A stretch of 53,266 nt of DNA, from positions 1-53,266 of IMG/VR virus record IMGVR_UViG_3300032307_000452; one strand, given 5' to 3'. The DNA comes from a virus (taxonomy: Duplodnaviria; Caudoviricetes). Both the position numbers and the translations under genes were made by a program. Positions 1-8,537 of the stretch are shown piece after piece. The stretch's first letter is position 1; every line of letters begins with the position of its first letter. The notes under the pieces were generated by a model that made no database searches, was not told the origin of the DNA, and saw only the letters and a program-made list of their open reading frames with translations.

Positions 1-1053
1 CATAGAAGTTAATTCAGCTTCTGCATCAATTGAGTGGTAAGCGTTAAGGTCTTGCGCTAATTCAGGAGTCCATACTGCTTTCAACTTACGAGTCTTAGCA
101 ACGATAGCCTCTGATTTCAATTCAAGATCGATTTCAGGAATATCTAATTGTAAAGTACCTGTTTCGTATGCATCAGTACCATATCCATTTACTGATTTAT
201 CTTCAAAATCACCTCTATTAGATTCCGCTGGAACTACAGAGTATTTGATAGTGTTTGCAGCAACTGCACCAGCACCAGCACCTAAACCAGTTGTAGGAGA
301 AGCTACAAAGAAGAATGTTGCATTTGTTGCATCACTTCTATGTTGAGAAGGAACAGATGCCGTAAAGTATGCACCAGCATTTACGAAATCAAAAGAACGA
401 ATTGCATCAAAATCAGCTGTTGCTGGTAAGTTTGTTTTTGCAATTGTTACTTTTTTCAATGAACCATTTGCTACAGATGCAGATAATGCTGAATCAAATC
501 CTACATCAGCCCAAGAAGCAGATGCATGAGTTGCATTACCAAATGCTACAGTAGTAGAAAGGTCATTTACTGAATAACCATAACGTCCTTCACCATAAAG
601 ACCGTTTACAGCTGAATCAGTTCTACCAAAGTTAGTAGTAGAACCAGTTACGTTAGTACCACCAAATAATGATTTACCATTAAATTGTGTAGAACCACCT
701 TGTGCAGTACCATATTTGAAGTCTAAGAAGAAGATAAGACCTGAAGGTAAGTTCATTGGTTGTACACTAACGAATTCCTTTGCAGCGATTTCTCCGAAGA
801 TTCTTCTTACTAATGGTAACGCAACACCAGACCATTCTTCTGAACCAGAAGATGTACCAGTTTGAGTTGCCTCATCAAGCAATTGTTTTGCTTGGTTTTC
901 TAACAATACAGCCATGCTGTGTTGTTCTCTTTCTTTCATTCCTTCTAAAAGGCCAGTTTTCTCCCATTTAGCTTTCAATTGGCGAGTTTCTGCCAACATT
1001 ACCGCTTGTGGGTTTTTGCCTTCCATAAGTTTACTTAAATCAAAATTTGCCAT
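1..1053 (-). CDS. gp23: Major capsid protein (T4 gp23 family), 3' end outside window
   Basis: Not in ORF track (no stop in window). Hand translation from ATG at 1053: MANFDLSKLMEGK...KWEKTGLLEG...LLENQAKQL...ALPLVRRIFGEIAAKEFVSVQPMNLPSGLIFFLDFKYG...IPEIDLELKSEAIVAKTRKLKAVWTPELAQDLNAYHSIDAEAELTSM. These are hallmark gp23 motifs. Confidence 0.97.
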   Translation of the reverse strand, partial: MANFDLSKLMEGKNPQAVMLAETRQLKAKWEKTGLLEGMKEREQHSMAVLLENQAKQLLDEATQTGTSSGSEEWSGVALPLVRRIFGEIAAKEFVSVQPMNLPSGLIFFLDFKYGTAQGGSTQFNGKSLFGGTNVTGSTTNFGRTDSAVNGLYGEGRYGYSVNDLSTTVAFGNATHASASWADVGFDSALSASVANGSLKKVTIAKTNLPATADFDAIRSFDFVNAGAYFTASVPSQHRSDATNATFFFVASPTTGLGAGAGAVAANTIKYSVVPAESNRGDFEDKSVNGYGTDAYETGTLQLDIPEIDLELKSEAIVAKTRKLKAVWTPELAQDLNAYHSIDAEAELTSM

Positions 1054-1079
1054 TTTATTTTATTTTTTTTATGGGTTTG

Positions 1080-2174
1080 TTATTTTACGATACCAGCTAA
1101 TTGCTTAAAGCGATTTGCTAATTCGTTGCTTTCAGAAATAATTTCTTTTGCTGGAGCAGTTGATGCTTGTGCTTTAGAAGCGAAACCTTCGGTTACTGTC
1201 TTCTTAGCTGCAACTTTTCTTTCAGTTCCAGTAAATTTCATTGATTCAGATAGTGTAGCGTAAACTAATTTTACTTCTCTTACAGAAGTTGTTCTGTCTA
1301 AATTCTCAACAACTTTAACTTTTTGCTCATTTGTAAGGTTGTAACCTCTGAACAATTTGTTAGCGTATAATAATTTAGCGTTTAATAGGTTTACTTCGTT
1401 GATTGTACCTCTTAAAGATTTGATAGCATCTAATGCTTCTTTCAATTCAGCTTGTAGTCTAGCTACTTCAGCTTTCATTTCAGTTGAATCATCAGCTGGT
1501 GCTTCTTCAGCTTCATCATCTCCGTATCCCATTTCTCTTAGAATTTCGTCTAAGTCGATTTCATCATCAGCCATAGCTGGTTCTTCACCTTCTACTGCTG
1601 GTTCTTCAGTTGGTTCAGCTGCTACTGGTTCTTCAACCGGTGCTTCATCACCTTCCATAGCTGGTTCTTCGATGTGAGCTTCCTCACCTTCTTCACCTGC
1701 AATTTGAGCTTCTAGCTCTCTGATGATAGATTCTAAATCTAATTCATCTTCATCTGATTCCATGTCATCCATGTCATCTTCACCTTCCATAGCTGGTTCT
1801 TCTGCAGGCATTTCTTCTGCACCGAACTCATCTTCGCCTTCTGTAAGGTCTTTAACTTTATCGTAATCTTCAACTTCAGCACCTACTTCAGAGCTTTGGT
1901 TTGCAATTCCGCTTAAGTCAGTGTCATCGTTGTTTGCTTTATCTGCAGGCATTTTGTTATCACCTTTACCAATTTCGCTAGAAACATCGTTATCTTCGTT
2001 AATATCTGCTTCTTCTTCATCACCTTCCATTTCGGCTTGTAATTTCTTAGAAAGAATAGATTGTAAACGAGGAGTAAACGCTTCTTCAAGAGCGATTTTA
2101 GCATTAGCAATAGCAGTTTCTCTAACAGCTTTAGCATCAGCGATGGCTTCTTTCAACAATTTTGAACTTGCCAT
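1080..2174 (-). CDS. Prohead core/scaffold protein (gp22-like)
   Basis: Immediately upstream of gp23. Very acidic, with coiled-coil ends, internal EEPAMEGE repeats, LDLESIIRELE/IDLDEILREM motifs and a C-terminal RFKQLAGI. Confidence 0.8.
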   Translation of the reverse strand: MASSKLLKEAIADAKAVRETAIANAKIALEEAFTPRLQSILSKKLQAEMEGDEEEADINEDNDVSSEIGKGDNKMPADKANNDDTDLSGIANQSSEVGAEVEDYDKVKDLTEGEDEFGAEEMPAEEPAMEGEDDMDDMESDEDELDLESIIRELEAQIAGEEGEEAHIEEPAMEGDEAPVEEPVAAEPTEEPAVEGEEPAMADDEIDLDEILREMGYGDDEAEEAPADDSTEMKAEVARLQAELKEALDAIKSLRGTINEVNLLNAKLLYANKLFRGYNLTNEQKVKVVENLDRTTSVREVKLVYATLSESMKFTGTERKVAAKKTVTEGFASKAQASTAPAKEIISESNELANRFKQLAGIVK

Positions 2175-2193
2175 TTTTTCCTTATTTTATCGG

Positions 2194-2310
2194 ATTTCTG
2201 AAGTCATTAAGATTTTGGGACTTCAATAGAATTTTTTTAATTGGCGTTTTGGTCACTACACATAAAGGTGAGTATTCATTACCAATGTAAAAACGCATAT
2301 AAAATGCGTT
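2194..2310 (-). promoter_or_regulatory. Structured 5' leader of the scaffold-capsid operon
   Basis: Inverted repeats TGAAGTC(2199-2205)/GACTTCA(2219-2225), TTGGT(2249-2253)/ACCAA(2281-2285) and AACGCAT(2292-2298)/ATGCGTT(2304-2310), lying between the promoter motif at 2320-2327 and the ATG at 2174. Confidence 0.45.
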
Positions 2311-2319
2311 ATTGTATCA

Positions 2320-2327
2320 ATAAATAT
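2320..2327 (-). promoter_or_regulatory. Putative late promoter core ATATTTAT
   Basis: Same octamer recurs on the coding strand in 14 intergenic gaps. This copy is upstream of scaffold/capsid. Confidence 0.6.
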
Positions 2328-2366
2328 ATAAAAGTTAGAGAAAACGATAAATTTCTAAAAAAATAT

Positions 2367-3686
2367 TTAGAAAAGATAAATAAAATCAGTATGCTTATTT
2401 GATTTAAGCTTTTGGCGGATACGCTCATCTGAACAACCAAAGTGATTGGCTGCTTCTATGATTGAATAAAATTGAACACCTTCGCATTCTATAATTGGAA
2501 GTTGTAATTGTATCTTTGAATGAGTTTGTTCATCAAACATATCATCATAACTAATATCATTACGATTTACTTTTTTCCAATGACGATATGTAGGATTATT
2601 TGATTCAAAATAATTTCTTGCATCTGATTCGGATATTCCCAATTTATCTGCTACCTGTTTTGGATTCTCAAAAGGAACTCCATCAACTTCGTATTTAATT
2701 TGTGGTTTTGTTTCCTCACCAATGATTTGCCAATCTTTGTATTTGGATTTAGTTGAACGGCATCTTCTTTCAACTTCCGTAGCTACTAATGTATTTGGGT
2801 CTATTGAAATAGCTGCTTCTCTAAATGATTTATAGTTCACACCATCTACCACACATTGATATGTTCCATCAAATTCAATATCTTCTGCGGCAATATCAGG
2901 ATTTCCTTTTACAAATACTAATATGTTTTGATGAACCGATGCTACCTTACGATTTCTTTTGAAGTATGTATCAACTACTCTAGCAGCCTGATGTTGTGAG
3001 TTAAATAAAATCATATCGTTATAGAAGTGTAGTCCAGCTTCCTCACAAGCTTGAATAGTTTTAGATACCAATCCTCTATACTTTCCTATTTTGTAATTAC
3101 CAGTTAAAGATTGTTCTCTTACTTCAGATACAACTACTGCAAAGAATCTATTGTTCTTTAACTTTTTTGCAGCTTTTCCTAAGATACTGAAATACTTTTC
3201 ATCAAACTTATCATCTTCCATAGTTGATATGTCCAATGGATTATCACTATAAACTTCTAAATCATAATAAGGTGGACAAGTGAAAACAAAATCAAATTGG
3301 TCATCTACTAAATAATCCAACATCTCATCACTATCACCAGCTACCCACTTTGGTTTATCGGATTGCTTTCGGTTTTCTTCTATTTGTTGTTTGGATAAAT
3401 CAATACCCATATACTCATAACCCATTTCAGTTGCTACAATACCTCTAACACTTCCGCCGGCAAAAGGGTCTAAAATCTTACCTTCCTTTGGAGTAAACCA
3501 TTGATACATATTCTCACAAAGGGTTGCATCAAATATTGAAATTGTATTATCTTCCCAGAAACGGGCTCTACTTTCGGCATCTTCCCTACCTAATTCAGAT
3601 TGAATATTGTAGGTTTGTATCCAGTACCTTTTACGGTCCTGCCATTCTTTAGTTCGGGTATCTAATATTGAGAAAGGCTTAATCAT
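2367..3686 (-). CDS. Amino (N6A/N4C) DNA methyltransferase with C-terminal NUMOD1-like repeats
   Basis: Motif I LDPFAGGS and motif IV FTCPPYY. Three C-terminal repeats (VDGVNYKSFREAA / VDGVPFENPKQVA / CEGVQFYSIIEAA). ATG at 3686 preferred over TTG at 3692. Confidence 0.8.
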   Translation of the reverse strand: MIKPFSILDTRTKEWQDRKRYWIQTYNIQSELGREDAESRARFWEDNTISIFDATLCENMYQWFTPKEGKILDPFAGGSVRGIVATEMGYEYMGIDLSKQQIEENRKQSDKPKWVAGDSDEMLDYLVDDQFDFVFTCPPYYDLEVYSDNPLDISTMEDDKFDEKYFSILGKAAKKLKNNRFFAVVVSEVREQSLTGNYKIGKYRGLVSKTIQACEEAGLHFYNDMILFNSQHQAARVVDTYFKRNRKVASVHQNILVFVKGNPDIAAEDIEFDGTYQCVVDGVNYKSFREAAISIDPNTLVATEVERRCRSTKSKYKDWQIIGEETKPQIKYEVDGVPFENPKQVADKLGISESDARNYFESNNPTYRHWKKVNRNDISYDDMFDEQTHSKIQLQLPIIECEGVQFYSIIEAANHFGCSDERIRQKLKSNKHTDFIYLF

Positions 3687-3689
3687 ATA

Positions 3690-3726
3690 CAAATATACGA
3701 AAAAAGCTTGGAATAACCAAGCTTTT
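3690..3726 (-). promoter_or_regulatory. Terminator-like hairpin overlapping a Bacteroidota-type promoter (copy 1)
   Basis: Minus strand AAAAGCTTGG-TTATT-CCAAGCTTTTTT-CGTATATTTG: 10-bp stem plus U-tract, and CTTG-N20-TATATTTG. Confidence 0.7.
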
Positions 3727-3736
3727 AATCATATTT

Positions 3737-4015
3737 TTAATCTACTGGATAAAATTTTATACTCAATATCACATTATCCGGCTTTGTAGCCAATAGGGAT
3801 TCTACATAATCATTAGCTCTCTTTCTAGCACCAAAGTGTCCGAACTCCATCACATCGTAATACGCTAATGTAACCTTATAGATGTGAGTAGGAAACTTAC
3901 CACTACCATAATGTACCCTATGTTCAATGTTACTACGTTTTACATTGGGTAGCTTCATTAGAGAAGTGATTCGGTTAGAGGAAGCGTTAACGGTAAAGAA
4001 ATCGAAATCGTTCAT
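3737..4015 (-). CDS. Hypothetical protein (92 aa)
   Basis: ORF between the two hairpin/promoter repeats. ATG at 4015 is preceded by CCCTAAAAAT. Confidence 0.7.
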   Translation of the reverse strand: MNDFDFFTVNASSNRITSLMKLPNVKRSNIEHRVHYGSGKFPTHIYKVTLAYYDVMEFGHFGARKRANDYVESLLATKPDNVILSIKFYPVD

Positions 4016-4050
4016 ATTTTTAGGGGTTAGGTTGAACACTTATTACAGTA

Positions 4051-4087
4051 TAAACATACGAAAAAAGCTTGGAAAATCCAAGCTTTT
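4051..4087 (-). promoter_or_regulatory. Terminator-like hairpin overlapping a promoter (copy 2)
   Basis: Minus strand AAAAGCTTGG-ATTTT-CCAAGCTTTTTT-CGTATGTTTA, near-identical to 3690-3726. Confidence 0.65.
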
Positions 4088-4118
4088 ATCAAAAAATATT
4101 TTATTTTTTTTTTATTTT

Positions 4119-4985
4119 TTATTCACCTTCATATTCTGCATCAGCGTATAATCCAGTAACATATTTATCTTCAATTGCAGCTAAGTTTCTTCTATATGAT
4201 GCTAATTGTTCAGTTCCTTTTTTCAAGTCCTGCAACATTTTTGCTTTTTTATTTAACTCCTTTTCTGCAAAATACTTAGCAGCCATTTCTTTTTGTTTAG
4301 CTTCTAATTCATTAACCTTCTTTTGTACTGCCATATACTTTACATACATCTTAGGAAGTCCTCTTGCTTCTGATACTACTGACTCGGTTGGTACACAATT
4401 TGGAACTTGCTTACCATTCTTATCTTTCATACCAACTTGCTTATATCCTTTCCAACAAGGTGATTCTTCTTTTATTGATTCTATTGCATATTTAGCTTCC
4501 CTCTCATCCCATTGCTTTTTAGTCATTATACCCACACTCTCAACATTAGCACCACCCAATAATTTATCTACATTTTTACTCAAATATTGTTTTGCACCTC
4601 TAGCGGTATTAAAGCTTTTTAATAATTTTTTACCTCGTGTCATTGATAAATATGCTACCCATTCACCAGGTGCAGAAATTGTATTTGCTTCGTTTACTCC
4701 GTATTCGTGATAGTTAGATGATGCTTGTGAAATAAAGTTTTCTGCATTAGTAATATGGTCTTGAATCCAAGCTGGAATATCTTTTTCGTTTTCTCCCATT
4801 TTAGCTTTCAATTCAGTTGCCATCTTAATGATAGTATCCAATGAATTGTTTGCCATAGAAACTTCATGGTCTTCAGAACCTTCAGCTTCATTAACGAATG
4901 CTGTTGCAAATGGATTGGAAATTACTTTACCCATTTCAAATTTACCAAATGCTTTTTGATTTACTAATCCACCTAAACTAATCAT
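4119..4985 (-). CDS. Probable internal head protein
   Basis: In head module. Contains EDHEVSMA...IPAWIQDHIT and CWKGYKQVGMKDKNGKQVPNCVP modules seen in T4-like virion proteins, and several V/I-x-E sites. Confidence 0.55.
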   Translation of the reverse strand: MISLGGLVNQKAFGKFEMGKVISNPFATAFVNEAEGSEDHEVSMANNSLDTIIKMATELKAKMGENEKDIPAWIQDHITNAENFISQASSNYHEYGVNEANTISAPGEWVAYLSMTRGKKLLKSFNTARGAKQYLSKNVDKLLGGANVESVGIMTKKQWDEREAKYAIESIKEESPCWKGYKQVGMKDKNGKQVPNCVPTESVVSEARGLPKMYVKYMAVQKKVNELEAKQKEMAAKYFAEKELNKKAKMLQDLKKGTEQLASYRRNLAAIEDKYVTGLYADAEYEGE

Positions 4986-4986
4986 A

Positions 4987-5535
4987 TTATTTCTTTTTAT
5001 TACCTAATCTTTCGTGCATTGTATCAGTACTGATATCTGCAATTTCATAGTAACGATTTAAGATGTGACCCATATCTTCATATAAAGAATGTAATCTTTC
5101 ATCCATTGCTTTTGCTTCCATAGCAAATTTATCGAATGATTTACCCATCTTATCCAATTCCTGCATATTTCTTTTTACAGTCACCGCATCAAACCAATCT
5201 CCACTCTCTCTTAGGGTCATTTCTTTTGCAGCCTCAACAATAGCACCCAATGTGTTTGCAACCTCTGTCATATCAGATTGTCTTTTCATTTGGTCTTGGA
5301 AAGTGTTGTAAGTAGATATAATTTCTAAGAAGTGTTTTTTAACTTCAGTAGATAATTTTCTATCTTCTAAGTTTTCAGCTAAGCTGAACTTTCCATTTAC
5401 TATCTTTACTTCTTTTAAGTTAGTTTTACGGATATCATTGTAAGCCTTAGCTACATTTGTTCCTTTCGGTCCACTAACATTCAAAGTCATTTTGTTGTTG
5501 TGAACATAATCATATATGTCAAATGGTTTACTCAT
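4987..5535 (-). CDS. Conserved head-module protein
   Basis: Full ORF directly downstream of the prohead protease. Helical, contains LRESGDWFD. Confidence 0.7.
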   Translation of the reverse strand: MSKPFDIYDYVHNNKMTLNVSGPKGTNVAKAYNDIRKTNLKEVKIVNGKFSLAENLEDRKLSTEVKKHFLEIISTYNTFQDQMKRQSDMTEVANTLGAIVEAAKEMTLRESGDWFDAVTVKRNMQELDKMGKSFDKFAMEAKAMDERLHSLYEDMGHILNRYYEIADISTDTMHERLGNKKK

Positions 5536-5537
5536 TA

Positions 5538-6134
5538 TTATGCTATTTCAGTTATTATTTCTCTCATTAAATCCTGTGCTTTGCAGTATTCACCACAAAC
5601 ATCAGTTCCTATTTGTTGTAAACCTCTATTAACAGATTCGTTTACAGGCACCATAAATGCTCCATGTGTTGATGGGTTAGATACAAAATCCCAACCAATC
5701 AATTCAAAGTCATCCTGAACCTTTACTTTGCCTTCTCCAATATTAGTTACAGACCCCATACCTCTTGATGAAATACCTAATAGGATACCAGCTTTTAGTA
5801 ATTCTTTTAAGATATTACCAGATGGTGTTGGCAAAATTTCTACTGTACCACATAAATCATCCCCTTCCCAATGTATTTCCCTTACGTTATGAGATACATT
5901 CTTTAAGTTAATTACAGTAGAATCTGGATGGTCTAATTCACCCAATGCTCTACGTTCCTTAATAAGTACTTCGTATTTCTTAGCTTCCCTCATTAAGATT
6001 TCTTTAGGATATACTCTACCATTTTGGTTTTCTGCAGATGCTCTTTGTAGAATACCTTTTACTAAGGTTCTCCCTCCTTCATCTTCTTTTACCTTACCTT
6101 CAAATAGGTTTGTTTCTATTAAGAGTGATTTCAT
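5538..6134 (-). CDS. gp21: Prohead core protease (T4 gp21 family)
   Basis: NQNGRVYP, ALGELDHP, NVSH, GISSRGMGSV and DFVSNPST motifs. Confidence 0.96.
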   Translation of the reverse strand: MKSLLIETNLFEGKVKEDEGGRTLVKGILQRASAENQNGRVYPKEILMREAKKYEVLIKERRALGELDHPDSTVINLKNVSHNVREIHWEGDDLCGTVEILPTPSGNILKELLKAGILLGISSRGMGSVTNIGEGKVKVQDDFELIGWDFVSNPSTHGAFMVPVNESVNRGLQQIGTDVCGEYCKAQDLMREIITEIA

Positions 6135-6143
6135 TCTATATTC

Positions 6144-7037
6144 TTATTTTTTAGATTCCATTTTGCTTCTAATTCTAGTAGCTATTGTACCTAATTGTGT
6201 TTTATCCACACCCATTGCATCCACAACTTGTGCTACTAATTGTAATTTTTGAACATTACTAAGTTTAGCATCTTTAATTTTATCAATAGCCATTCCCAAC
6301 TTTTGTTTAACAGCAGATGGTATTGTTGCTTTTGGTAGTTCGGTTGAAATATCTTCGGTTGTAATCTTTTTTGATTTAAAATAGTTTATTACATCCTTAC
6401 CAGTATCAAATGCTTTTTGACTTCCTTTAAAAGAAGAATGACTCATCCAATATGAATTACTCCCATCCTCCCAATCAAAATCACCACTAGCTAATTCTTT
6501 ACCTCCATAAGTTAAATATCCTACGCCATTTTTAGAATAGAATCGATATTTACCATCCTTTATATCAACAGCTTCATCTACTCTTTTACCAGCTCTTAAA
6601 TCTGCCAAATCATCCCCTTCAATATCACCATCCTTATCAACATCTAATTTATGCCGACCACCTGTTAGTTCTTCGTTTTTTTCACCTCTACCATTCCAAG
6701 CAGTATCAATTTTGTTAAAGAATGCTTTCTTTTCATCATCATTCATATCATTGATACCCTTACCAGCTTTTTCCAAAGCCTTTTTAAAGAATACTTGGTA
6801 TTCTGCTTCCTCTACCATTACTTCTTTAACTATTTTCTTTAGTCTATTTCTAGTTATCATATTTTCTTTTTTATTTGGTAAACCTTTGTGTGATGTTGAT
6901 GCAAAATCTTTAGCATCTTTATCAGATATTGAATCAGCCGCTTTTTGTACTTCAGGAGATGGATTTTCCATATCACCCTTTTGAGCTGCATGAACCATTC
7001 CCATAAATCTTTGTTGTGCTTTAGATACTGCTGGCAT
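6144..7037 (-). CDS. Probable internal head protein (DUF3008-like N-terminus, EF-hand-like loop)
   Basis: MPAVSKAQQRFMGMVHA...DFASTSHKGLP N-terminus, DVDKDGDIEGDD loop, several x-x-E cleavage-like sites. Confidence 0.55.
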   Translation of the reverse strand: MPAVSKAQQRFMGMVHAAQKGDMENPSPEVQKAADSISDKDAKDFASTSHKGLPNKKENMITRNRLKKIVKEVMVEEAEYQVFFKKALEKAGKGINDMNDDEKKAFFNKIDTAWNGRGEKNEELTGGRHKLDVDKDGDIEGDDLADLRAGKRVDEAVDIKDGKYRFYSKNGVGYLTYGGKELASGDFDWEDGSNSYWMSHSSFKGSQKAFDTGKDVINYFKSKKITTEDISTELPKATIPSAVKQKLGMAIDKIKDAKLSNVQKLQLVAQVVDAMGVDKTQLGTIATRIRSKMESKK

Positions 7038-7038
7038 T

Positions 7039-7602
7039 TTATAAAGTTCTTAATTTTTCAGTTATTCCCATTAACCTTTCTCTGATTTTATATAGGGATG
7101 CGTTTGTTCTTTTCCAATAATCTTCTTTTTTAAGTCCATTTTCGTTCTTAATTTTAGAATACCAGTTTACAAACTTCTCTATTTCAGAAAGTTGTTTTTG
7201 TATATTAGAAACACCTCTACCAACTTTTGCTTTTGGTGAAGATTCTTCTCTTTTCAATTCTAACCAACGATTCTCAGCTACAATCATACCACTAATATCT
7301 GCAATTTTTGCACCATCTATATCTTTAGCCGCTGTTGGTTTTTGTTTTAATGCTTCTTTTTTACTTGCAGGTATATCACCCAATGCCCAATCCTTTTCAC
7401 CTTCTTCTAAGTTATTTACAACAGTACCACCAGTTACACTAGCTAATCTATTGTTTTTCTTTTTAGTTTGGCCGGGTTTTGAAAATGCAGCTGGTGTATT
7501 ATATCCTGCTACATTTGCAGTTACAGACATTTCATCTAATGTCTTTTTCATATTACGCTCTCTAACGTATTTTCTAATAGCCTCTTTTAATCTAGCTTCC
7601 AT
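7039..7602 (-). CDS. Head-module protein
   Basis: Full ORF containing LDEMSVTANVAGYNTPAAF. Translationally coupled to the upstream gene. Confidence 0.7.
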   Translation of the reverse strand: MEARLKEAIRKYVRERNMKKTLDEMSVTANVAGYNTPAAFSKPGQTKKKNNRLASVTGGTVVNNLEEGEKDWALGDIPASKKEALKQKPTAAKDIDGAKIADISGMIVAENRWLELKREESSPKAKVGRGVSNIQKQLSEIEKFVNWYSKIKNENGLKKEDYWKRTNASLYKIRERLMGITEKLRTL

Positions 7603-8471
7603 TATTTTACTTTAGATTTAAGTTCTTTAATTAGCTCATAGGAAAGCATAATTGATGAAACTTGAGAATCGGATACAGTTTTACCCATTTTCATTTTTTC
7701 TAAAACAGAAATAGTTTCTGATAACTTAATAGTAGTAACTTTATCAGCTACTTTTCCTTTGATTGATTTTAATTCTGCTATAATCTTAGGAAGTTCAATA
7801 GAAACATAATCTTTGAACTTAGTAGTATTTGTAATATTATTAATATACTCCTTTAATAAATTCTTTTGAGAATCATCCAAATTTGTATATTTTTTATTAA
7901 AAGTTTCTACAAGGATTTTGTAGGTAAGTAATCTAAGGTCTTTGTCTTGTTGTTTATAGGATTCAATCAACTTTCTATCTTCGGTTGGTTGAACTTTTTG
8001 TGAGGGCTTAGATGTAATATTCTCAATTAAAGTAATTTTAGAATTAAAAATATCTTTAATATCATAGTTAGTTTCTCTCTTAGATTCAAATACTTTATAT
8101 ATCGAAGCTAATACTTTATAGTTAGAAATAGGCGATGATAAGAATTGTTCAATATCAAACTTTGCCGAAACTTCTTTAATAAGATTAAATTTTTCTTTTG
8201 ATAATGCCGATTGATTCAATTTAGCATGTGCATCACACACAGTTTCTACTAATCTATCCGCTTTTGTTTCGGAACTATATTTTTCCTTTAAAAGTATATC
8301 GTAGAGACGTAACTCTTTGTTTAACTCTGTATTTGGAGCAAAGAACTCTCTTACGATGTTTTTAGCGGTTTCTTTCTTATCGCCATTAAGAACTTCCAAT
8401 GTTATTTGTCTTACTAAAAGCTCAAATAACACTCCAGTGTTCTTAAACTTGGAATGTTTAATTTTTTTCAT
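7602..8471 (-). CDS. Conserved protein between portal and protease (possible prohead core component)
   Basis: 289-aa helical ORF starting MKKIKHSKFKNTGVLFELLVRQIT. Position in head module. Confidence 0.7.
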   Translation of the reverse strand: MKKIKHSKFKNTGVLFELLVRQITLEVLNGDKKETAKNIVREFFAPNTELNKELRLYDILLKEKYSSETKADRLVETVCDAHAKLNQSALSKEKFNLIKEVSAKFDIEQFLSSPISNYKVLASIYKVFESKRETNYDIKDIFNSKITLIENITSKPSQKVQPTEDRKLIESYKQQDKDLRLLTYKILVETFNKKYTNLDDSQKNLLKEYINNITNTTKFKDYVSIELPKIIAELKSIKGKVADKVTTIKLSETISVLEKMKMGKTVSDSQVSSIMLSYELIKELKSKVK

Positions 8472-8512
8472 TTAATTACCCTATATTTAATCTACCCTAT
8501 AAACTAACACAT

Positions 8513-8520
8513 ATAAATAT
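8513..8520 (-). promoter_or_regulatory. Putative late promoter core ATATTTAT
   Basis: Recurrent intergenic octamer. Confidence 0.55.
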
Positions 8521-8537
8521 AAACAAATTTTTCTTTA

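Noticed and set aside
1560-1810. Repeated CCATAGCTGGTTCTTC segments
   Set aside because: Explained by EEPAMEG peptide repeats in the acidic scaffold linker.
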